Assembly: GCA_963749495.1 (NCBI GenBank)
Contig: CAVVMW010000006.1
Location: 448,001 to 512,000, forward strand
DNA from: an uncultured bacterium
Lineage (GTDB): Bacteria; Verrucomicrobiota; Verrucomicrobiia; Limisphaerales; UBA8199
DNA length: 64,000 nucleotides
Direction: 5' to 3'
How positions within the stretch are numbered: position 1 is the first letter of the stretch; every line of letters begins with the position of its first letter. The translations under genes were made by a program, and so were the position numbers. Below, in pieces: positions 10,116 to 21,745 of the stretch. Below the pieces are notes generated by a model, which saw only the letters and a program-made list of their open reading frames with translations, had not been told where the DNA came from and made no database searches.

Positions 10116-11670
10116 GGGCGCATGACGGAATTCTTCGGAAATTGAGTTTTGGGCGTTTTTTTGTTGCCTAGTATAGATGTACATATATATTCATTGCCAT
10201 GAACCATTCCATCACTCCTCAAGCCCTCCTGGACCAAATCCTCAATATTCGCCGCATGGAGCACGGCTCGCTCTCCGTCATCGGCCATGGCCCCAATGGC
10301 CCTTACTATAACCTCAACTCCTGGGAGGATGGCACCAACCAATGCCGCTACATCCCGCAGGACAAACTCCCCGAGGTCCAGCAAGCCGAAGTGCTGCTGC
10401 GCACGGCCGTCTTCAAATCAACCAACCAACTGATGGGGTATCTGTTCCAAATGCTGGCCGATCGGATCGATGCCGCCTACCAGCCCAAACCGGGCTATGT
10501 GCGCAAAGGCCGCGTGGAGGTCACCCTCGATTGCATCTTCGGGTCTTTCACGCTGGAGCGCGATTACTACTATCACGAGGGCAAGCAGTTGGGACATTAT
10601 CCAACCGATGCGGCGCTGGGCTTGGAAGGCGGCAAGACGCCGGCACTGGCCCGGTTGGTGTGCTTGGAAGGAGCCGATGAAGCCAGCTACCAAAAGGCCG
10701 AGGAGCATTTGAAAGAGACCGGCGGCATTCACATCTCGGGCCGCCAGATCCAGCGCCTGGTACAGCAAGTCGGAGCCGCCGCCCAGACTTGGCAGGAGCG
10801 AGAGGCGTTAAAGCCTTTGCCGGGCACCAAGCCCGTGCCGATTCTCTATATCAGCGGGGACGCGACGGGCGTGCCCATGCGCAAAGAAGAACTGGAAGGG
10901 CGAGCGGGCAAGCAGCCCGACGGGAGCGCCAAAACCCGCTCGGCCTACCTGGGGTGCATCTTCACCCAGCATAAAACCGATGAAAAGGGTCACCCGGTGC
11001 GGGATTACGAATTGACCACCTACGTGTCCAACATGGGGCCGTTGGAGGATTTTGGTCCGCTCCTGCGCCAAGAAGCCATCCGGCGAGGCCTGGGCCAAGC
11101 TAAAAAAGTCGTCTTCCTCGTTGATGGGGCCAGCGGCCTGGAGAATACGGGCCGCCTCAATTTTAAGGACGCGATCCAAATCGTTGACTTCTACCACGGC
11201 GCCGACCATGCCGGCGATGTCGTGGAGGCTATCCTGGGGAGCAAAGAACACCCGGAATACAAAGCTCAGCGCAGCCGCTGGGTCCGGCGCCTGCTCGGCA
11301 ACGGTGTGAAAAACCTCATTAAGGAAACCCGCCAGGAATGCGCCGGCAAGCCGCAGGCTGAGGCGGTCGAGGACGAACTGGGCTACTTCGTTCACAATGT
11401 GAAACGAATGCAATACAGGACCTTCCGTCGGCAGGGCCTTTTTATCGGCTCTGGGGTCATCGAGGCCGGCTGCAAGACCCTAATCGGCTCCCGCTGCAAG
11501 CAATCGGGCATGTTCTGGGGCGAACCCGGTGCGGAAAACATCCTGGCTCTACGCTGCATCCATTCCAGCCGCCGGCTGGATCAGTTCTGGAAAGAGCGGC
11601 TCAACGCTCAGGCTGCCCGCAACGATTGCCTGATGCTGGCCGAACAGCCGAAGAATTCTGTCGTGCGCCC
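10116..11670 (+). mobile_element. ISKra4-like insertion sequence
   Basis: Terminal inverted repeats GGGCGCATGACGGAATTCTTCGG (10116-10138) and CCGAAGAATTCTGTCGTGCGCCC (11648-11670), 21/23 matching, enclose a transposase. No target-site duplication seen. Confidence 0.85.
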
Positions 11671-11689
11671 CATCCTATTTGGGGATTGA
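10199..11689 (+). CDS. ISKra4/UPF0236-type DDE transposase with an N-terminal DUF6788-like segment
   Basis: YISGDATGVP, FLVDGA, IVDFYH and IGSGVIEAGCK...RCKQSGMFW motifs. Confidence 0.85.
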   Translation: MNHSITPQALLDQILNIRRMEHGSLSVIGHGPNGPYYNLNSWEDGTNQCRYIPQDKLPEVQQAEVLLRTAVFKSTNQLMGYLFQMLADRIDAAYQPKPGYVRKGRVEVTLDCIFGSFTLERDYYYHEGKQLGHYPTDAALGLEGGKTPALARLVCLEGADEASYQKAEEHLKETGGIHISGRQIQRLVQQVGAAAQTWQEREALKPLPGTKPVPILYISGDATGVPMRKEELEGRAGKQPDGSAKTRSAYLGCIFTQHKTDEKGHPVRDYELTTYVSNMGPLEDFGPLLRQEAIRRGLGQAKKVVFLVDGASGLENTGRLNFKDAIQIVDFYHGADHAGDVVEAILGSKEHPEYKAQRSRWVRRLLGNGVKNLIKETRQECAGKPQAEAVEDELGYFVHNVKRMQYRTFRRQGLFIGSGVIEAGCKTLIGSRCKQSGMFWGEPGAENILALRCIHSSRRLDQFWKERLNAQAARNDCLMLAEQPKNSVVRPILFGD

Positions 11690-11724
11690 CGCCCCATTTG
11701 ATTTCATCCAGAGTTGGCCGATAA

Positions 11725-11967
11725 TTGCAAAGAATCGCAAAGTTTTACGACTCAACTCACGCCAAAATCAGAGGGGGCGAGCGCGGAATTTCGCGCCAGG
11801 CCATGCGAGATGTGGTAAATTATCACACGAAGAGAACTCAGCAATACCGAGGAAACCACGGCGGAATGGTCTATCGGTTCTCGAAGTGCGTTGGTGACGA
11901 GACACTCGTGGTGATCGCTGAAGTGAAGAAAGACGAAGCCTGGATCGTAAGTTGCTTTCAACATTAG
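11725..11967 (+). CDS. Putative toxin, DUF4258-like
   Basis: 80 aa; THAKIRGGERGIS resembles the HAxxRxxERxI motif; directly upstream of a DUF2283-like gene. Confidence 0.6.
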   Translation: MQRIAKFYDSTHAKIRGGERGISRQAMRDVVNYHTKRTQQYRGNHGGMVYRFSKCVGDETLVVIAEVKKDEAWIVSCFQH

Positions 11968-11972
11968 GCAAC

Positions 11973-12287
11973 ATGCAACATACTCGAAAAGTTCAGTTTC
12001 GGGCGCCTGCGAGGGCGGTCAGGATCGAATTTGATCCACAGGTCAGGGCATGGTATATCCGATTCAAGAATGCCAAGGTCGCAAGGACAATATCCGAGGA
12101 GGCGCCCGGGTACGTGTACGCCATTGATTTGGACGCGGCAGGCGTGGTAATTGGGTTTGAGATCCTCGGCGTTCGCGAGTTCAGTATTGATATGCTGCTG
12201 AAAAACTCGGCAATCGACTTTTCGCAGACCGACTTTAGGCGGGCCAAGTTCGTCCCTGTTCCCCACGAGAATTTAGTTGACTCTTGA
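11973..12287 (+). CDS. Putative antitoxin, DUF2283-like
   Basis: IEFDPQVRAWYIRF...IDLDAAGVVIGFEILG matches the DUF2283 pattern. Confidence 0.75.
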   Translation: MQHTRKVQFRAPARAVRIEFDPQVRAWYIRFKNAKVARTISEEAPGYVYAIDLDAAGVVIGFEILGVREFSIDMLLKNSAIDFSQTDFRRAKFVPVPHENLVDS

Positions 12288-12441
12288 GCCAAAAGGCGAT
12301 CTGGTTGGTGGCCAATAAGGCTTGTTCGTTGCCCCCGCGCCTCTGCCGCAATCGCCACTCTGGCGAGGTCGCCTGGTGTAATCTCGGGCTGCCTTGTGCG
12401 ACTGACGATCTGGAGTCTGCTGATGAAGAAAGGAACCTGAT

Positions 12442-13935
12442 GTGAAAAGCCACGAACTGTCGGATATTCATGGATGGGCAGAGCGGAGCGGTAATGACGA
12501 GAACGCGCGCTGTCGAGGGGCGCTGCCCGCGAAACTTGCGCTGGTCCTGCTCGTGGCCGGGTGCGGGGCCTGGGGATGGGCCGCGCAAAATGATATGAGC
12601 ACAAGCGGGGGCTTTGAATTGGCCTCGGGGGTGCCGGCGTGTGACCGGGCCTGCCAGAAGGCCCGCCGGGTCATCGCCGACGATGTCCAAGGCGGCAAGT
12701 TCCTGGCCGGGCAGAACTGGGCCCAGGTTTGGACGCGCGACACCTCGTATTCGGTCGAGCTGGCCTGCGCCCTGCTCCATCCGGATGTCTCCCGGACGAC
12801 TCTGCTGGGGCTGACCCAGTCGGTCGAGGGCATCGGCCAATGCTGGTTCCAGGACAAGTGCGGCCATTTCGCCGGCTGGCCCAACCTCACCGACGCGATC
12901 GTCGGCGCCTCCGGGGCGTGGTCCTTGTATCTGGTCACCGGCGAGCGCGAGCTGTTGCGCCCGATCTACGAGCGGACGCTCCGCAGCCTGGCACGGGCGG
13001 AACGGGACGCGTTCAGCCCGCAGGCCGGCCTGTTCAGCGGCTGCGCCAGTTTCATGGAATCCAACAGCGGCTACCCCAAAAAATACGCCATGAAAGGCGA
13101 GATGCTGGCCCGGACCTTCGCCCTGAGCACTTGCCTGCTCTACTACCGCGGCTACATCGTGGCCGCCCAGGCGGGCCAGGCCCTGGGTGAGGATGTCCAA
13201 CCCCTGCGCAAAAAGGCCGCCAAGCTCAAACAGGCCATCAACGCCCGCCTCTGGCTCCCGGACAAAGGCTACTATGCCTATTTCCTGGACGAAGAAGGCA
13301 ACACCAATCCCCGGATGGAAGGACTAGGCGAGGCCCTGGCCATACTCACCGGCGTGGCCGATGCCAAGCGGGCACGCCAAATCCTGCGCTCGACGCCCAC
13401 GACCGCCTGGGGTTTCCCTTGCCTGTGGCCGCAGTTCGAGGAATGGCGCGACTACAAGCGCGACTTTGCCCATTATTATCACAACGGCATGATCTGGCCT
13501 TTCGTCCAGGGCTACTGGGCCTTGGCGGCCTCACGGGCGCGCGATGTGCAGACCTTTGGCCGCGAGTTGGATGCCCTGATCAAGCTCTCCGAGAAGAACG
13601 ATACGTTCATGGAACTCTACCGCCCGGAGGACGGCGCCCCGGACGGTTCTCCCCGGCAATTGTGGAGCGCATCGGGTTTTCTTTCGATGATCTATCACGG
13701 CCTTTTCGGGATGGATTTCAAGGAAAACGGCATTCGTTTTGCGCCGGTCGTCCCCGAGCGCTTCCAGGAGCTGACGCTCAGCAATGTGAACTACCGGGCC
13801 GCCCGGTTGCGGATTGTCGTCAAAGGCCACGGGACCGCCATCGGCCGCTTCACGCTGGACGGCAAGACGCAGCGAGAGCCTTTCCTGGACGGCGCTTCCG
13901 CCGGCCCGCACGAGATCGAGATCACCCTGAAATGA
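12442..13935 (+). CDS. Secreted six-hairpin glycoside hydrolase (debranching-enzyme/MGH1-like); start uncertain
   Basis: Hydrophobic signal-like segment; WTRDTSYS, LKQAINARLW, YHNGMIWPFVQGYW and QLWSASG motifs. Confidence 0.8.
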   Translation: MKSHELSDIHGWAERSGNDENARCRGALPAKLALVLLVAGCGAWGWAAQNDMSTSGGFELASGVPACDRACQKARRVIADDVQGGKFLAGQNWAQVWTRDTSYSVELACALLHPDVSRTTLLGLTQSVEGIGQCWFQDKCGHFAGWPNLTDAIVGASGAWSLYLVTGERELLRPIYERTLRSLARAERDAFSPQAGLFSGCASFMESNSGYPKKYAMKGEMLARTFALSTCLLYYRGYIVAAQAGQALGEDVQPLRKKAAKLKQAINARLWLPDKGYYAYFLDEEGNTNPRMEGLGEALAILTGVADAKRARQILRSTPTTAWGFPCLWPQFEEWRDYKRDFAHYYHNGMIWPFVQGYWALAASRARDVQTFGRELDALIKLSEKNDTFMELYRPEDGAPDGSPRQLWSASGFLSMIYHGLFGMDFKENGIRFAPVVPERFQELTLSNVNYRAARLRIVVKGHGTAIGRFTLDGKTQREPFLDGASAGPHEIEITLK

Positions 13936-14740
13936 CAAGGCCCTCCCCACGGCTCAGCCATGCCGAACTGCTCCAGCTCAAACGCTGGAACACACCGACG
14001 ATCTACAACGGCTGGGAGCGCATCACCGCGCGCAACCCCGCCGCCGAGGGCTTCAACCCCGAGGAGACGCGGGACTTCATGCCCCATCTGGGCCCGATGG
14101 TCGGCTACGCCCTCACCGTGGTCATCGAGCCGGGCAACCCGAGGCACCGGCAGGACCTGCCCGCCGCCTGGACCGATTACCGCCGCTACGTGGCCGGCGA
14201 GCCCGGCCGAAGATCGTGGTCGTCCAGGACCTCGACAAGCCGCGTGTCCTCGGGGCCTTCTGGGGCGAGGTCAATGCGAACGTCCATCGCGCCCTGGGCT
14301 GCGTCGGCACGATCACCGATGGCGCCGTGCGCGACCTGGAGGAGATGAACAACGCCGGGTTCAAGGCCCTGGCCCGCCGCCTCTGCGTGGGCCACGCCTT
14401 CTGCCACCCGGTCCGCTGGAATTGCCAGGTCGAGGTCTTCGGACGAACCGTGCGGCCCGGCGACCTCATTCACGCCGACCAGCACGGGTTCCTGGTCATC
14501 CCTGCGGAGGACCAACCCAAGCTCCTGGAAGCCGCCGATTTCATGGACGCCAACGAGTGCCGGACCCTCATCCCCGCCGCACGCGCGACGGCCGGCGCCG
14601 GCGTCCAGGCCGCCCTGGCCGCCATCGAGCAGGCCGCCGCCCAATTCGACAAGGCCGCCCGGTCGAGGTTCAGGAGACAGGGCCGGCAGCGCGGGCGCCC
14701 CGTCCCCGCGTTATCCACAGCCAAGTCGGCGCGGAAGTAA
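13932..14740 (+). CDS. RraA/HMG-aldolase-family protein (frameshift near 14205)
   Basis: WNTPTIYNGWE...GPMVGYALT in one frame; VVQDLD...FWGEVNA...TDGAVRD...PGDLIHADQHG in the next. ATGA overlap with the upstream gene. Confidence 0.85.
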
Positions 14741-14782
14741 TAGCCGATAGCCAATAGCCGATAGGCAATGGCCGATAGCCGA
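14741..14782. repeat. 7-nt tandem array (TAGCCGA) x6
   Basis: tagccga tagccaa tagccga taggcaa tggccga tagccga, starting immediately after the TAA stop. Confidence 0.9.
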
Positions 14783-14790
14783 CAGGCGTG

Positions 14791-15240
14791 TCAAAAGTGC
14801 CGCAGGATTTCCGTCCGTTCCAGCTTGGTCAAATCGGCGGGAACGTTCTTTTGGATCTTGGCGCGGACTTGGGGCTCGAGTTCCTCGACGAGTTGGTGAT
14901 TGATCTCCCGGCTGGCGGCCAGCAGGCAACACTCGATCTCCTTCGGCCGGGCCAACTCGTTGAGCCGCCGGGCGAGTTGCCGCACCAGGCGCCGGCGCGC
15001 CTCCAGTTCGATATTGTGCCGCTCGCCGTCGGACATGGCGCCGGCGCCGTTGGCCGTGGCCGTGCGGCGCGGGAAACGCCCGGCCAGGTTGCTCACGCGG
15101 TCGACCAGCTTCCCATGCGCCTGCGGATTGTCGAACTGCTCGAGCAGCTCCAGGCGCGGCGCGCGATTGAGGTGATTGTCATCGAGCCGGAAGGCCTTGA
15201 AACGCCCGAGGTCAGCAACTACGACCAATGTATTTTTCAT
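14791..15240 (-). CDS. Host-attachment (AtsE/baeRF-like) protein
   Basis: LVVVADLGRFKAF N-terminus; LLAASREINHQL...KNVPADLTK C-terminus. Confidence 0.8.
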   Translation of the reverse strand: MKNTLVVVADLGRFKAFRLDDNHLNRAPRLELLEQFDNPQAHGKLVDRVSNLAGRFPRRTATANGAGAMSDGERHNIELEARRRLVRQLARRLNELARPKEIECCLLAASREINHQLVEELEPQVRAKIQKNVPADLTKLERTEILRHF

Positions 15241-15519
15241 AGTCACATCTGGCGGCGGAACGGGACGGCGCCCGCACTGCGGCGCCGCCTACGATTCAGG
15301 ATAACACAAGTCCGCCCCGTGTGGAACAGGACAACTGAAAATCCCTTTACATTTCAGGGGCGCGGGGCCATATTGGCTGCACAATCCCGTAAAGCCAGCG
15401 CGTAAAAGATTGCGGCCCTCGACTGTGAAGCCGTTCTTCAGAGCCGCTGCCGTGAACCTGGTCCTGTGAAGGCGGGGGCTGGACCTCGTCCCGGGGCCGA
15501 ACCGAACGGAAAAGCACAC

Positions 15520-18500
15520 ATGAAACCATACCTTCTCACAATGCACCGGAAACGATCCCTCCTGACACATTGGTTATCGTGCCTGGCGGGCGCCTCACTC
15601 CTTGGAGTTGGCGTCCCGGCACACGCAGATTACCCCGCCACGGTCCTGGGTGATGGGCCGCTGGCTTACTACCGGTTCAGCGAGGCCGGCTTTGTCGCCG
15701 CCACGCCGGCCTTTCATAAACTCCGGCACCCTCGGGTCGGCCGGCAGCGGAGTCCTTTCCAACGTCTTCGGCGGCCAAGCCGGCGCGCTGGTCGGCAGCA
15801 CGGACACCTCCTGCCGGTTCGTGAACCCCGGCTGGAACGCGGGCTATTACCTCTCCACTGCGGATGTCCCCAACAATTCCGCTCTGAACCCGAACGGACC
15901 CTTCACCGTCGAGTTGTGGGCCAAGCCGAGTTCCGCCGCCTCGGACCTCTTCGCGCCCGTGTGTTCCATGGACGCGACGGCGAACAGCGGCGCTGCCCGC
16001 TCGGGGTATCTCATTTATTACGATGGGGCCAATAACAGGTGGTCCTTTCGAGTCGGCGCTACCAGCGGTTATGTCGGCAACATCGCTGGCGGCACCGCCA
16101 CGCCGGGCGCATGGCAGCACGTGGTGGGCGTCTATACCGGCTCGGGCGTGGTGCTTTATGTGGACGGCACCAACGCCGCCTCGGGGAGCCTCACCGGCAC
16201 CTTCATCCCCAATACCACCCAACCGTTCCGCATCGGCGCGACCACGATACCCAACCGCGGGTTCGATGGCTGGATCGATGAGGTGGCCTTCTACGGCTCA
16301 GCCCTGGATGCCAATACCATCAAGGCGCACTATGACATCGGCACCACCAATGGCGCCGGTTACGCCGCCCAGATCCTCGGCGCGTCTCCAGCCGGCTATT
16401 GGCGCTTGAATGAAGCCGGCGCGGCGCGCAGCGCCGCGAACCTCGGCAGCGGCGGGTCTGCTCTGGATGGCGTTTATCTTTACTGGTCCTCGGTGGTCTC
16501 GGACCTGAAGGCACCCGCCTATCCCGGCTTTGGCGCTGCCAATACCGTTGCCGAATTCCCCGGCACCAACGGCTGTGTGGTGTTTCCCCCCCTCAACCTC
16601 AATACCAACACGGTGACGATCGAGGCCTGGGTGAACCTCAATGGGGCGCAGAGCCCCTGGTCCGGGTTCGTCTATAGCCGCGGCAACACCGCCAATGGCC
16701 TGCACGTGGGCGGCGATGGGCTGGAGTTGCACTATACCTGGAACGCAAACAACGCCGACACCTACAACTTCGCCTCCGGACTCTCCATACCTCCCAGTGA
16801 GTGGGCCTACGTCGCGGTGGCCATCGACCCGAACGAGGCCCGTTTGTTCCTCGGCACCAGCACCGGTTGGACCGTAGCGACCAACGCCATCCCACACCTC
16901 AGCGAAGGATTTCTTGTTTCCGGCTTCATCGGCGAGGACCCCTATGGCGGCCGCTTCGTCAATGGAATGATAGACGAGGTCGCCGTTTACGGCCAAACCC
17001 TCACCGAAGGCCAACTCCACACCCATCTGCTCAGCGCCTTTGGCAGCAACACACCGCCTGTCCTGGTTATCAACCCGCCGGTCCTCACAGGCAGCCTCTA
17101 TGCCACCACGCCGTTCATGTTGACGGCCGACGCCTATGGCGCGGCTCCCCTCTCCTTCCAATGGCGCGCCAACGGCATTCCGATTCCGGGCGCGACCAAC
17201 CTCAGCTATGGCAAGCTCAGTGCCGCGCTCGGCGATTCCGGCAATTACGATGTCATCGTGAAGAACGCCTACGGCGCCATCACCAGCCAAGTGACGGCCG
17301 TGACGTTCGTCACACCCGTGGCCCCAACCATCACCCAGCAACCGGCCTCGCGCCTGATTTACCCAGGCGGCTTCCTCACCCTCAGTGTCGCCGCCGACGG
17401 CACGACGCCCTTTAGCTACCAGTGGCAGCACGCCGGCACCAACCTGCTGGGTGCAACCGCCGCCACGCTCACGGTGACCAATGCCGGCGCCACCAACACC
17501 GGCAGTTACACTGTCACCGTGACCAATATCGCCGGCAGCGCCCCCAGCACCGCCGCCATTCTCACCCTCGACATCCCCAAAGCCAACAGCTACGAGGCCA
17601 CCCTCATCAGTTACGGCCCATTCGGCTATTGGCGCCTGAATGAAACCACCGGCGACATTGCTTACGATTACATGGGGGGCAACGACGGCCTCTACACGAA
17701 CGTCACCCTCGCCGCCACGCCCGGCGCTCTTTTGGGGGAGAACAACATGGCGCCCACGTTCGACGGCAGCAGCGGCTATGTCGTCATCCCGCCCCAAGGC
17801 ACCCTCGAAGGCGGCGACTTGGCGGCTGTGACCTCGGCCACCTTCTTGTGCTGGATGAACCAGACGACCCCTCAGGCAAGCTATGTGGGCGTGCTGGCCA
17901 TGCGGCCGCTCTCGACCGGCCTTTACCTCAACAGCGACGATACGCTCAACTACAGTTGGAACGACGACGGCAATACTTGGGGTTTCAACTCCGCTCTGAT
18001 CCCGCCCGACACCGCATGGGCCTTGACGGCCGTTGTCGTTGAACCCAACCAGACCACCTTCTACCTTGGCACCCCGAGCGGAGTGGCCACCGCGGTGAGC
18101 ACGTACGTCCACCCAGCGGCGGCGAACTTCACCACCGGGCCATTTGCCATCGCCAAGGACATCAACTACGCCGCCCGCTTTTACAGTGGTTCGCTGCAGG
18201 AGTGCGCCATCTTCACCAACGCGCTGACGGCCGACCAGATTACGAAGCTCTGGGGCTTGGGTTTCTTCGGCGCCCAAACCCCGCCCTCCTTTGTCGTGCA
18301 GCCTGCGTCGCACGCAATTAACGCCGGCGCCTCTCCTCTGCTGGCGGCCACGGCCCAAGGCTCCATACCCATAAGCTTCCAATGGCAACGCGCCGGCACC
18401 AACATCCCCGGCGCCACCACGGCGACGCTTTCCCTCACGAACTTCAGCGCCTCCACGGCGGGCGGTTACGACCTGGTCGTGAGCAACCTCGCCGGCATGG

Positions 18501-20389
18501 CCACCAGCAGCACCGCCACCCTCACTGTGCGCACCGTGACTCCCAACACCTATGAGGCGACTGTCGCCTCCATGGGGCCCCTGGGGTACTGGCGCCTGAA
18601 CGAGACCAGCGGCACCACGGCCTTCGATTACGCCGGCGGCAACGACGGCCTTTATGAGAACGTCACCCTGGGGGCGCCCGGCCCGCTGGCCGGCGATTCG
18701 ACCTCCAAGGCCGGGACCTTCGACGGCAGCACCAGCTTCGTGCGCATCCCGCCCGCAAATAACCTCATCGCCAGCGTCCTGACCAACGTGCCCGAGGCCA
18801 CGTTCGTCTGCTGGATGGACCAAGCCGCCGCCCAAGGAAACTACAAGGGCGTGCTGGCCATGCGCCCGCTCTCGACAGGCCTTTACATCAATGGCGACGA
18901 TACCCTCAATTACAGTTGGATGGACTCCTCCGCCACTTGGGGCTACAACTCCGGCCTTGTGCCGGCCATCACGGCGTGGACCTTCGCGGCCGTCGTCGTT
19001 CAAACCAACCAGGCCACCTTCTACATGGGGACCAGCAGTGGATTGGCCAGCGTGGTCAGCTTCGACACCCACCCACCGGCCAACTTCACCACGGGGCCGT
19101 TTGCGATTGGCCAGGACATTAACTACGGTGGAACCGACGATCGTTACTTCAACGGTGAGCTGGCCGAGGCGGCCATCTTCACCAAGGCGCTCACCCCGGA
19201 CCAAATCCAGACACTCTTCCTCAGCGGCACCTACGGCGCCGGCGTCGCGCCCTCCATCCTCCACCCGCCCGCCCCTCTGACGGCCGTCGCCGGCAGCCCG
19301 GCCACACTCTCCGTCACCGCCCTGGGCAGCGTCCCGCTGGGCTACCAATGGCGGGACAATGGCACCAACTTGCCGGGCGCCACCGCCGATTCCCTGGTCA
19401 TCTCCAATGCATCCTCCGCCGACACCGGCAGCTATAGCGTCGTAGTGACCAACGCGGCAGGCTCCGCCACCAGCGCCGTAGCCCAACTCACCGTCCTGCC
19501 CGCGCCCACCTTCGCCAACCTCACCAACGGCCTGGTGCTGCACCTCAAATTCGACGGTGACCTCAAGGATTCCTCCGGCCACGGCAATGATGCCACGGCG
19601 TCCGGCTCGCCCACCTTCGTCACCGGGCGCATCGGCTCCAAGGCCATCCATGTCAACACCGACACCAACAGCGGAACCTTCAACTACGTCTCCATCAGCC
19701 CCTCGCCCGATCTGAGCTTCACTGAGACCAACAGCTTCTCGGTCTCCTTCTGGGTGAATTACACCGGGCTTCCCAACGACCTGCCGATGATCGGCAACTC
19801 CGTGAACTCGACCTATCAGTTGGGCTGGGTGTTCACCGATGACACCGGCAAGATCGAGTGTTCTCTGGTCAGCACGGCCAACGCGGGCACCTACGTGGCC
19901 GATCCGCTCGTCAACAGCCCCGTCACCGACAATAGCCAGTGGCACCTCGTCACGGGCATTTTCGACCGCACCCTGGCGGTGGCGACCGTTTATGTGGATG
20001 GCGCCCTGGCGGGCACCTGGCCTATTGATGGGCTGGGCACCCTTGACCAAGGCTACAACATCACCTTGGGTCAGGACCCCTCAGGCACCTACATGGTGGA
20101 TGGCACGTATTCAATTGACGATGTTGGGATCTGGCAGCGGGCGCTCAGTCCGTACGAGGCGGCCGCCATTTACGCCGCCGGCCAGCGCAACCTGAGCTTC
20201 GACGTCGTCGGACCGCCCAACGTCAGCGTCAGCCGCTCGGGCGCCAATATCCAGGTGAGCTGGAGTTCGGGCACGTTGCTGGAATCCACGAACGTCAAAG
20301 GCCCCTACACCCCGGTGCCCGGCGCGACGCCGCCGGTCTATAACACCACGGCACTCGGCTCGGCCATGTTCTTCCGGGTGCAGCAATAG
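15520..20389 (+). CDS. Large secreted LamG (ConA-like)/Ig-domain protein (frameshift near 15710)
   Basis: Signal peptide plus DYPATVLGDGPLAYYRFSE in one frame; five LamG-like units (YWRLNE, IDEVAFY) and four Ig units (PLSFQW...GAT...GNYDV) in the next. Confidence 0.9.
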
Positions 20390-20415
20390 AGCCGCAGCTC
20401 GGGCTGAACAGATCC

Positions 20416-20449
20416 AAGGGCCAGTCGGCCAGTGCCGGCTGGCCCTTTT
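20416..20449 (+). terminator. Rho-independent terminator
   Basis: AAGGGCCAGTCGGC-cagt-GCCGGCTGGCCCTT followed by TT, 26 bp after the stop. Confidence 0.7.
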
Positions 20450-20526
20450 GTTCGGGGGGCAGGCTCTGTGAATGGTTTTGGCTTGTGAAAGGGCCGGGCC
20501 TGGACTTCAATCCTGGGGCCAACCGA

Positions 20527-21610
20527 ATGAGCGATTCGATGCGAATCCTGATAACGGGCGGAGCGGGTTTTGTGGGGTCGAACCTGGCGCTGGGGTTGCG
20601 GCGGGCGTTTTCGGGCGCGGCGATCCTCTGCATGGACAACCTTTACCGGCGCGGGTCCGAATTGAACGTGCCGAGGCTGGGGGAGCAGGGCGTGGCCTTC
20701 TGCTGGGGCGACGTGCGGGACCAAGGGAGCTTTCCACCCGGTCCGTTTGATTTTCTCATCGAATGCTCGGCGGAGCCTTCGGTGCTGGCGGGGCAGGATG
20801 GAGGCGCCGAGCTCCTGCTCCAGACCAACCTGGGGGGGGCCTGGCATTGCCTCGAAAAGGCCCGGCTCTGGGGCAGCCGGTTGTTGTTTCTATCCAGCAG
20901 CCGCGTTTATCCCGTGGAACGGATGGAGCGCCATCCGTGGCGGGAGCAGCCAACGCGATTCGCTTGGGAAGACCAGGGAACCGCGGGGATCAGTTCGCAG
21001 GGGGTGCGGGAGACGCTGGACATGAGCGGGGCGCGCTCGCTCTACGGCTACACGAAATATGCGGCTGAACTCCTGGTCGAGGAGTACCCGGGCGGCGTGG
21101 GGGCTCAAGGCCGTCGTGGACCGGTGCGGGGTGATAGCCGGCCCCTGGCAGTTCGGCAAGGCCGACCAGGGCGTGGCGGCGCTTTGGGTGCTGGCGCATT
21201 ATTTCGGCCGCCCTCTCAGTTACATCGGCTACGGCGGCCAGGGCAAACAGGTGCGCGATTTCCTCCATATTGACGATCTGTGCGATCTGGTGGTGGAACA
21301 AGTAAAGGAGTTTGATCGTTGGGAGGGCTGGTGCGGCAACGTGGCCGGGGGCCTGGCCAACAGCGCCTCGCTCTGTGAACTGACGGCCCTGTGCCGCGAG
21401 ATCACCGGGCGGAACGTGGCGGTCAAACCGGTCCTTGAGAGCCGGCGCTGGGACCTGCGGGTTTTCGTGGGGGATTGCCGGCGGCTCTTCGAGCGGACAG
21501 GCTGGCGGCCCCGCCGGGGGGTGCGCCAGGTCGTGTCTGATCTTGTCCAATGGGCGGGCCAACACGAGCGGCTGCTCGGGGGGCTGGAATCCTCGAATTT
21601 CAAAACGTGA
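20527..21610 (+). CDS. NAD-dependent sugar epimerase, CDP-paratose-2-epimerase-like (frameshift near 21088)
   Basis: ILITGGAGFVGS and YGYTK (YxxxK); RCGVIAGPWQFGKADQG and GKQVRDFLHIDD in the second frame. Confidence 0.88.
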
Positions 21611-21663
21611 TGCAGACAAGTCAAGTTTGTGGCACAACATTGGCAGACTCATGCGGGTTTTGG

Positions 21664-21745
21664 ACCTTTGTCGCAGCCTTTGTCGCGGCCTTTGTCGAAT
21701 GGGCCGCTCCTCGACAAAGGCCGCGACAAAGGCTGCGACAAAGGT
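21664..21745. repeat. Perfect 35-bp-arm hairpin built from 12-nt units (CCTTTGTCGCRG)
   Basis: 21664-21698 is the exact reverse complement of 21711-21745; 12-nt loop. Confidence 0.95.

Noticed and set aside
14711..14719. DnaA box TTATCCACA
   Set aside because: Single copy inside a CDS; no origin-like context.
15250..15519. Riboswitch or ncRNA upstream of the LamG gene
   Set aside because: No family consensus recognisable by eye; an Rfam/Infernal search would be needed.
16298..20050. 1250-aa antisense ORF, and similar ones such as 43991-47533, 31257-33293 and 50069-52039
   Set aside because: Shadow ORFs from high-GC codon bias opposite well-supported genes; no recognisable motifs.
21630..21645. 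Sigma54 promoter-like TGGCAC...TGGCA
   Set aside because: The -12 element is imperfect and the sequence is part of the outer inverted repeat of the hairpin element.
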